Source of the DNA: Zygophlyctis sp. KS116
Lineage: Eukaryota; Fungi; Chytridiomycota
NCBI GenBank assembly: GCA_054661495.1
Contig: BAAFSQ010000341.1
Location: 1 to 9,900, forward strand
Direction of reading: 5' to 3'
Length of the DNA: 9,900 bases
The notes under the pieces were generated by a model that saw nothing but the letters and a program-made list of their open reading frames with translations, was not told where the DNA came from and searched no databases. This document shows, piece by piece, positions 1 to 7,500 of the stretch. Position 1 is the first letter of the stretch. Every line of letters begins with the position of its first letter. The translations under genes and the position numbers were made by a program.

Positions 1-391
1 TGCTTAATAGATTAAATCAATAGGTAGCAACAATCAGCGGATCTACTCTTGGACGAATCTGGAACTCAGGATTAGTATGATTCATTCGTCCAAGAGTAGA
101 TCTGCTGATTGTTGCTACCTAACTAAAACAATTCAAATACAATTCAATTTTATTGATCTAATTGGTAAGTATCTGCTTAATAGATTAAATCAATAGGTAG
201 CAACAATTAGCAGATCTACTCTTGGACGAATCTGGAACTCAGGATTAGTAAATGAATCATGAACTAAAACAATTCAAATACAATTCAATTTTATTGATCT
301 AATTGGTAAGTATCTGCTTAATAGATTAAACCAATAGGTATCAAAAATTAGCAGATCTACTCTGGGACGAATCTGGAACTCAGGATTAGTA
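1..391. repeat. Tandem repeat block A, ~141-bp unit (about 2.5-3 copies, probably continuing beyond the window start)
   Basis: TGCTTAATAGATTAAATCAATAGGTAGCAACAAT..GATCTACTCTTGGACGAATCTGGAACTCAGGATTAGTA starts at 1, 174 and 315. Spacing 174->315 is 141 bp. The first unit is lengthened by an inverted segment at 84-121. Confidence 0.95.
21..121. repeat. 38-bp inverted repeat (fold-back) with 25-nt spacer
   Basis: 21-58 TAGGTAGCAACAATCAGCGGATCTACTCTTGGACGAAT is the reverse complement of 84-121 ATTCGTCCAAGAGTAGATCTGCTGATTGTTGCTACCTA with one mismatch. Confidence 0.95.
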
Positions 392-695
392 TATGTGATA
401 TTTTTATACATAGAAACTGATAGATAATTTAAAATATAACCAGATGTAATTTTTAATAAAATTTATTTATGACAATGAGATGCAACAAAAACTACGAATT
501 AGAACCCAGAGCTAACAGTTCCCGATTTTATATATATGTATATAATTAATAAAATGCTATATATTACTTCTGTGTCTTCGCCACATTGTAGGTCTGTGAA
601 TTTTCATTCTCACGTTTCGCGTTTCGAACTTTTAAAAAAGTTTAAATAATTTATATTTATTTGATAATTTGAAGCAGGAAAACTATTTCCTCTTC

Positions 696-798
696 ACTGG
701 TGTAAACCAGTTTTTGCACTAGTGAAAGCTAGTCTATTTCCCTGGTGCAAACCAGTAGATTTCGTGGTGAAAACCACTATTACCCTGGTGCAAACCAG
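696..798 (+). repeat. Array of five short hairpins/palindromic sites (5-6 bp stem, GNAA loop), period 21-23 nt
   Basis: ACTGGT-GTAA-ACCAGT (696-711), ACTAGT-GAAA-GCTAGT (718-733), CTGGT-GCAA-ACCAG (742-755), GTGGT-GAAA-ACCAC (764-777), CTGGT-GCAA-ACCAG (785-798). Confidence 0.85.
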
Positions 799-888
799 TG
801 GATTCTTTATGAATCCAGAATTGTTAGAAGGATGAGCTGAGCTCATTCTAGATCATATCCAAGAACTCAAAAACATCAAAAACATCAG

Positions 889-1124
889 TTCAAATACAAT
901 TCAATTTTATTGATCTAATTTGTAAGTATCTGCTTAATAGATTAAATCAATAGGTAGCAACAATCAGCGGATCTACTCTTGGACGAATCTGGAACTCAGG
1001 ATTAGTAAATGAATCAGGAACTAAAACAATTCAATTTTATTGATCTAATTGGTAAGTATCTGCTTAATAGATTAAATCAATAGGTATCAACAGTCAGCAG
1101 ATCTACTCTTGGACGAATCTGGAA
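889..1124. repeat. Tandem repeat block A' (about 2 more copies of the ~141-bp unit)
   Basis: The same unit restarts at 931 and 1061. Spacing is 130 bp because of an 11-nt deletion of one copy of the internal CAATTCAA duplication. Similarity ends at GGACGAATCTGGAA (~1124). Confidence 0.95.
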
Positions 1125-1296
1125 ACTGTAACAATTTTGAACTCATAAATAGGTTAAAAAGTCTAGATACTTTTGTTTATTTTTAAATGAATTTTATTAG
1201 TTAATGAGTTAGTTGTACAGTCATTTTCTTTACAAACTATAATTAAATGTACTTCACATCTTTGAGATAAATTTAACTGTCATCCAGGAGAAGCGA

Positions 1297-2310
1297 ATGG
1301 TAGGGTTTAAAAAAATGTTTTTTGACACTGTAGATCTTGGTGGACCAGAAAAAAGCAAACATGTGTCTGGATTGCTAGAGAATCGTAACAAAAAATTGGA
1401 ATTGGTGCTTTTATTTGGACTTGGCACTCAAGGTTCGTTCGCTATGGATATGGAAACTAGAAGATGGCGTTATATTCGGATAGATGATGTAAATTTAGTT
1501 TCTTCTGCCTACGTTTGTACTGGTCCTTCTATTCTTTATATTTTTGGAGGATATAGTCAATCTTCCCCTTTGAATATTATTTTCAAGTATGATCACAAAA
1601 CAGAGTCATTGTCAGAAGTATATGTTGAAGGTGAATATCTACCTCCTGCTCTCAGTCAGTCCGCAGCGATTCAGTATCTAGGGGATATATACATTTACGG
1701 TGGAAACACTTATGGCGGTTCCAGTGAATATTCATCAGATATGTATAAATTTAATCTACGGAATAAAATATGGCAGAAAGTGAAACATTATGGTCAAAAT
1801 AATCAGCCTCCCGCCGGAAGATGTGGTCATTCAATGAATATATGGGTCAGAAGTTTAAAAAATAAGACCACTCCGTTTCTCGTTATTTACGGCGGATACG
1901 TGAAGTACAATGAATTATATAATGGTCCTGATACAATTATGCTGTATAACATAAGTAAGAGTCAGTTTTAGTTTACAAATAGGTTCCAATAAGTGGATTC
2001 GACCTCATATTAAGAATTTACTAGGAGTTAATCTGATTCGAGCAGATCATATTGCGCTTGTCCAGGGGTGTAATCTAATTGTTTTCGGTGGTCTAGAAGG
2101 AAATATGAAGGAAATGGACCGCAATAAATATGTTAAGCTATCTCTTGGCGCAACATTCTGCCAGGTAAAAGAACAACTTGTGAATGTACTCCCCAGAGCA
2201 GCTCACTCCGTCTCAGTGGCTTTTAAAGATTCAGTTGCCATTATTTATGGCGGACAAATGAATGGGGAATTTCTCAACGAAACAGTAATTCTAGATTTGA
2301 TTTCTTTCCG
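1297..2310 (+). other. Kelch beta-propeller coding region (six blades) of gene 1
   Basis: Six hydrophobic-GG motifs (the first degenerate), preceded by R-x-x-H-type motifs (GRCGHS, IRADHI, PRAAHS) and followed by Y/F..W. Blade 5 lies in the spliced segment 1983-2104 that the ORF track misses. Confidence 0.88.
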
Positions 2311-3763
2311 ACCTATAAATATAAAGGTCAAGTTGGAGAATGGAAATTTTGTGTGGAGTGCACCTTATGATTTAAAAGACACTCAAAAATACACACTTGT
2401 GATAGAAAATATGACAAATCATGAAACTTTAGAAATCGAAACAAGACGAAGATATGTTTCTGTCACAGAACTAAATTTGATAAACGGAATCAGATATGAA
2501 GCTTACTTAATAATCTTTTTAGAAAGTAAACGTCGTGAAAATGGGCCTATCTATAAGTTCGTTTACAATGGTATATTTAGACTTAGTTCACAATAGACCG
2601 CAATCCGCCTGCTCAAAATTTAAAAGCTGTTGTGTCACAAAATGAATCAGTACAAGTACAATGGGATCGATTTCACGCCGATATAAAATACAGAGTTTTT
2701 TACAGGATTTGGAGTCATCTTAAAATTTCTCGGTATTCCAGCCATAACTATGTTCCAGGGACTTGGAAGGAAATTTGGAATTGGGAAGATATAAAAGAGA
2801 GAGGGATATGTAGACTTGAATTGAATCTCTCTAAATTACCTTCAGATGAACTTTATTCTCTCACTCATGACAAGGAAATAGAATTTGAAGTTGAATCGGC
2901 ACGCTGGGATACCAAATCGTATTCATATGTATTTGTTGGTGTGAATCTTCGTTTAGGGATACGAAAAATCGACGATATTTGTTCGTTTATATTTGTCGAT
3001 CTGATACTTTCCGAATTTTTTAATAGTATCACACTGTACTCTAAGAAATTTTTTTTAAAAGGCATGAAATTTTACATTAACCTTATAGAATGTGAATTAC
3101 AAATTAAAATCAAGGATAAAGAGGATTTCGAAATAGTAAAACGTAGAATCAAAAATGGTACAATGGCAGGCATCTTAGATTTAATGAATGAACGACTCGA
3201 GATATTCAGGATTGACAAATACGAGGATAATGATCTACTTATGAAGTAAATGCTGTGTTTAAGCTAATTTTAGAATGATAAAAATGTATCAGGAGATTTA
3301 TAAAAAACCAACATCAGAAAGACCTGGGATACAATTGCGAATAACAACCTTAAATGGTGCGCCTCAGGTGACTGTTTTTTCAGAGGGAGAGTGGAGAAAA
3401 GGATATAATATAAGAAGCTTGACTGGGAAACTGCAGACAATATCTGCGGAGGAAGAGGAGAGCTTAATGGGCTCAAACGATTTCAGCGTGATAATTTCTA
3501 CTAAGAAAAAAGAGACATCGCTGTTGTTTGGCCCCATTCGGCTCGTGAATCATCACTGTACCAAAAGTAATGCATCTGTATGTTCAATTATGTAACTTTA
3601 GATTTCCATTCATCATCCGATTCTAAGGGAAGTTATACTTGTCGCCACAGAAAAAATAGCCAAAGGAAATGAAATATTGACTTTCTATTCTAAAGACTAT
3701 TTTGGGAAAGACAATCAAGATTGTGATTGCTCATATCATAAAAGGTATTTTCAATGCGGTTAA
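1297..3763 (+). CDS. Spliced gene: Kelch-repeat + 2x FN3-like + Set9/Suv4-20-like SET-domain protein (~786 aa)
   Basis: Exons 1297-1954, 1983-2570, 2597-3245, 3274-3577, 3602-3763 (alternative end: intron 3745-3774, stop at 3808). Each GT-AG junction restores frame between consecutive ORFs. Kelch motifs: VLLFGLG, LYIFGG, IYIYGG, LVIYGG, LIVFGG, IIYGG. FN3-like: FVWSAP..Y.L..L.NGIRYEAYL and PPAQNLKAVVSQNESVQVQWD..YRVFYR. SET: NDFSVIISTKK..LLFGPIRLVNHHC and IAKGNEILTFYSKDYFG.DNQDCDCSYH. Confidence 0.85.
1955..1982 (+). other. Spliceosomal intron, 28 nt
   Basis: GTAAGA...ACAAATAG. Removal gives LYNISSNKWIRP..IRADHIALVQGCNLIVFGG, in frame with ORF 2105. Confidence 0.9.
2571..2596 (+). other. Spliceosomal intron, 26 nt
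   Basis: GTATAT...ACAATAG. Removal gives VYNDRNPPAQNLKAVVSQ, in frame with ORF 2632. Confidence 0.88.
3246..3273 (+). other. Spliceosomal intron, 28 nt
   Basis: GTAAAT...GCTAAT.TTTAG with a branch-like GCTAAT. Joins LLMK to MIKMY (ORF 3275) in frame. Confidence 0.88.
3578..3601 (+). other. Spliceosomal intron, 24 nt
   Basis: GTATGT...GTAACTTTAG, containing the in-frame stop of ORF 3275. Removal restores the SET C-terminal motif and post-SET CxC. Confidence 0.9.
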
Positions 3764-3972
3764 TCAAATATTAGTGAGCTTAAAACAAGAGAAAACATTT
3801 CTGGTTAAAAATAAAAGATAAATAATTGCGTAGATCATTAATCTGAAAACCTTATGTTGTCTAGTTACTAATTTTTATTACTGATTTGTGACATAACGTT
3901 TCTCTAGGTTGAGGAAGAATCAGAAATAAACACCTAACCAATGTAGGGTTAGTATTTTTGTATTTCTGACAA

Positions 3973-4368
3973 ATGAAGCAACCGAAACAATCCATCGGAT
4001 CAAACTATAATAGAAGGTCTTCAAATGATAGAGCCCGAATCCAGCTGGCTGGAGAGGATCATCGTACATTGTTACTTCGTTTGATTGAACATTTAAGAGC
4101 AGCCGGAGTGGTCAGAGAAGTCGATCATATTCCTTGGGACCGACAAGCGAATGAATTTACTTTCGCATATATAAGGATGGTTAGTAGTGAGCATGTTTCT
4201 GGTATGATTAGAATGGCTCAAACATTTCGTGACGTAAGACATTTAATCTAATATAAGGCACTGGAAAGCGTTCGAATCAATGAAAGGGATATAACTGTTC
4301 GAAGAGCACCGACTAGACTCAGACCGGGCCGCAATCAAAGAGCAGAACTCAAAAAGACAAAAGAATGA
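3973..4368 (+). CDS. Small RRM-like putative RNA/ssDNA-binding protein, spliced (~123 aa; 5' end uncertain)
   Basis: Exons 3973-4233 and 4258-4368. RRM-like order of elements: RIQLAG (b1), LLLRLIEHLRAAG (a1), VREVDHI (b2), FTFAYIRM (RNP1-like), helix ..DALESVRINERDITVRRA (b4), then an Arg-rich tail. Confidence 0.6.
4234..4257 (+). other. Spliceosomal intron, 24 nt
   Basis: GTAAGA...TCTAAT.ATAAG. Contains the stop of ORF 3973, and removal completes the RRM-like fold. Confidence 0.8.
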
Positions 4369-4408
4369 ATTAACAAATACATTTTACTTTAACAATCATA
4401 TGATTATA

Positions 4409-4449
4409 TTTCGTGGTGCAAGCCACTGTTCACCTGGTGATAACCGGTG
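4409..4449 (+). promoter_or_regulatory. Second copy (two hairpins) of the 696-798 motif array, ~105 nt upstream of gene 3
   Basis: TTTCGTGGT-GCAA-GCCACTGTTCACCTGGT-GATA-ACCGGTG aligns with TTTCGTGGT-GAAA-ACCACTATTACCCTGGT-GCAA-ACCAGTG (760-800). The regulatory role is inferred from position only. Confidence 0.55.
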
Positions 4450-4553
4450 ATTATTCCCCTTATTTTGAGCTGGGCTTATTCTTATACTTCGACCCATAGA
4501 ACATATCACTGTGCTCCTAACCATTCTAGAATTTTTTTACCTTATTTTTCAAA

Positions 4554-7500
4554 ATGATCAGATGCAGTAATTGTAAGAATCAATTTTCTACAAGAAGTGA
4601 GAAAGATCGACACTATCGTGTTTCTCACACAAACATGATCACAGTCGATAAAGTAAAATATTATAGAAATTCTATTACAATGCATTTCGAATGCAAGAAA
4701 TGCAATGGAAGTTATAGAGATCCAAAGAATTTGAAAGAGCACCTAAAAAAAACTCAATGTGCTAAAGAAAACTCTCTTGAAGAAGATGTTACTGAAAAAG
4801 GAACTCCAGTTGTGCAAAGTATGCTTAAGTCTGTGGAGTCACCTCAATCTCACAAATATTCCCAATCTTTGTTGCCATTATCGCAACATTTTTTAACCAG
4901 TAGTATCTCTGTCTTACAAGAAGAAATTCAATCGATGAATTCTGATAATAATACAACAAATAGGCCTAAGGAAAGAATCATGAGTGAACAATTTGAATCT
5001 AATCTGTCTATTGAATCTTATCAAGATCTAGAATCTAGAAAGTTGATACCGGTTCAAAGTACTCAATCTTGGGAAAACAATGTTTCTACTGAATCCTCCC
5101 CAAATCTAGGACAAACACACATCGCCAGTACATCTAAAACTGTCTCGGTGGAATTTTCAGATGATTTAAGAATTAGCCAATTTGATAAAGTTGGTATGGT
5201 TGCTAAACGAATGAGATCTGCAGCAGATGATAATGTTGTGACGCCCAAACAAATGGGTAAAAAAATATGTTCCTCTTCAGAAGCAATATCAAGCATATTA
5301 GATACAAATAATTCTATAGAAATGAAAGATGCGAATCAATCGTTAAATTCTTCTCCATTACAAAGTTTCACTCGTTCTCCCATATTTAAACTTACGGCTA
5401 ATCATTTCTCAAAAGGCAAGAAAGGCTCCATTAAAGGCTGTTGTGAGCCCGGGACCAAAAAAACAAGTAATTTCTAGAAACTTAACTTTAGATAAGAGTG
5501 ACCTAGAGAATAACATATTAAAATTTAATGAGACAGAGCTAATTATCATGTTTAATATGGGTTTATTCAGTTATGTGAATAATGATAGTCAGAGATGGAT
5601 AAAGATTTTATCTTCACACACAATCGAGAGACTGAAGAAAATTAATATAGAAAAAGAAATCATCTTGATAGGTAAAAATAATGTTGCACATCCAAATCTA
5701 AAAAATCTTTTGGTAAAAGACCTTGTGGAAAGAATTTTGGGTCTTATCGATTTAAGTGCAGCTGTCTCGTTTATTGTTAAAAAAGTTGGTCATCATAACC
5801 CGACAAATGAATTTAAAACTATATTTGCAGACCAAAAGGAATACATCAAACGCCATGTTATCAAATTAATCGATAATGTTCAATCTAGTGCATCTTATCG
5901 AAAATCTATGCTGGAGGCCTTGAATGCTTTATCTTTCAATACCGCAGAGGAATGTGACCTTCAAATTAAATTGTTAAAAAAAAAGGTTCCTATCATCTCT
6001 CATATTAAAAAAGAAAATGTGGAAGATGACACGACTATTGATTTGAAGAAAAAAAGTAAATTTAATCATTAAACTTTAGTTTGTGCTTACGCAAATGATG
6101 TTATACATTCTGAAGATGAAACTTCCAACTATTCTTCAGCGCCCCTCTCGCTAGAAGACGAATCTGAAGACTATGACTCTCTTGATGATGAAAATGGTAA
6201 GTGTTTAACAATTTAATCAGCTAGATATATCTGAAGTTTTGAAAGAGATGAAACAGCAGCAATGGCAAGAACAAATACTCGAGGATAAAAAAAAAATAGC
6301 CAATTATATCATTAACACTGATACACAAAAAACAAATTTAACTCAAGGATTATCCTACGAAGAGGTAGCTTTTTTTCTACGGGCGAAGGCGGTTTTCCAT
6401 CCAGCACCAAAAACAGATATCGAGTCGATTACCTTCACAAAATTCGTCCTGAATCTTTATGAATCGTTTGCTTCCCAAGATAATTTCTTTTAAACACACG
6501 TTATTGATGGACGTTTATGGATTTGCAGGATATATCTTTTTCCCCAGGTTACAAATAGATCAAAGGAAATGGTCAAACTATAATAACATGATGATCAATG
6601 ACGATTATCATTTCTTTATTGAAGAATTACTACTACCATGTATTCAAAGACTTAAACCCGATGGGACATTTCCTGATAATGTGAAATGTAAAAATCAATT
6701 CAAAGGAAATAACCGGAACAGTTTTAATGCTATTCAGCTACCTGTAGAAATATTTCATAAGGTTGTACAGGAAATGCGAAAAACCATTTCTTTACAACAA
6801 GACGAAAAAATGGAGCAATTTAAAGATTTTTTTTTTCATTTTCAGTCTATTGGGGTAAAGAATATATACAAGGGTGAAAAGAAAGACACTATTGATAAGC
6901 TTATAAATGTTTTGGAGAACTTTGTAAATGTTGATTGCGACGTAAAGGAATATTATGATATTGGTATCGAATTTTATTATGAAAACCTGGAGGAAAATTA
7001 TACCCTCTTTTGGTCTCAAGATGGAGCTGAGGCTCTTCATAATGGGCTTGATCTTCGTGGTAGTGTCACACGCACGGGTACCATGTACTCCAACGATCTC
7101 TTAGGTATTTTTACCCCGATTATAATATGTAAGGAATGGTCATCAAAAATCCTGACGCTAAAACTACGAACAAAAAATGGATATTCTGTCAAATGTATCA
7201 AGGTTTAAAAAACGCAATACAAACACCAGATAATATAAAGCGGTACGAGCCTCGTGAAGATGATTTTTTGGGGAAAACTCCCAAACATGTTTTTGAATAT
7301 CTAGCTATGGTCAATGGATTTTTAATCGGGAAGAAGGCAGTAAAGAATTACCCGGCCAGGTATGAAATACGAGTAAGAGGTCATAAGACGGCTCTAGCTT
7401 GTCTCGCAAAAGGCGAAAAACCAGATATCAAGTTTCATGTTTCACCTACATATTTAGTTTTAAAGTATTTGAGTCAGATCTCAGACATTTGGAGGTATAT

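Larger units (their letters stand above)
2950..3745 (+). other. Set9/Suv4-20-family SET domain region of gene 1 (N-terminal helical part, SET, post-SET)
   Basis: IDDICSFIFVD resembles the Suv4-20 N-terminal DD..(T/S)..(L/V)D motif. EWRKGYNIRSLTGKLQTISAEEEESLMGSNDFSV..S.KK...L.GP...NHHC follows the Suv4-20 pattern, ending in E+..+Y..D+FG..N..CxC. Confidence 0.85.

Noticed and set aside
165-196. Intron-like GTAAGT...TAG inside each 141-bp unit, suggesting a coding repeat
   Set aside because: I could not build a convincing continuous reading frame across units by removing it; stops and an 11-nt unit deletion interrupt the candidates.
611-629. TTTCGCG (E2F/SCB-like cell-cycle element), also TTTCGTG at 760 and 4409
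   Set aside because: 7-mers are too short to support alone, and the latter two are explained as part of the hairpin motif.
696-798. Mini-CRISPR or REP-like array
   Set aside because: Spacers are only 6-8 nt and the repeats vary in sequence; kept as a hairpin array instead.
1284-1299. AGGAG Shine-Dalgarno-like sequence before ATG 1297 (prokaryotic operon reading)
   Set aside because: The genes carry spliceosomal introns and eukaryotic chromatin domains, so this is a chance match.
3764-3978. Splicing that would fuse the SET gene to the RRM-like gene
   Set aside because: The GT-AG combinations I tried (3804-3833, 3864-3907, 3948-3978) hit in-frame stops.
2865-7040. Short minus-strand ORFs (2865-3065, 3270-3476, 4542-4742, 5063-5296, 6792-7040)
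   Set aside because: Antisense shadows of well-supported + strand exons, with no recognisable motifs.
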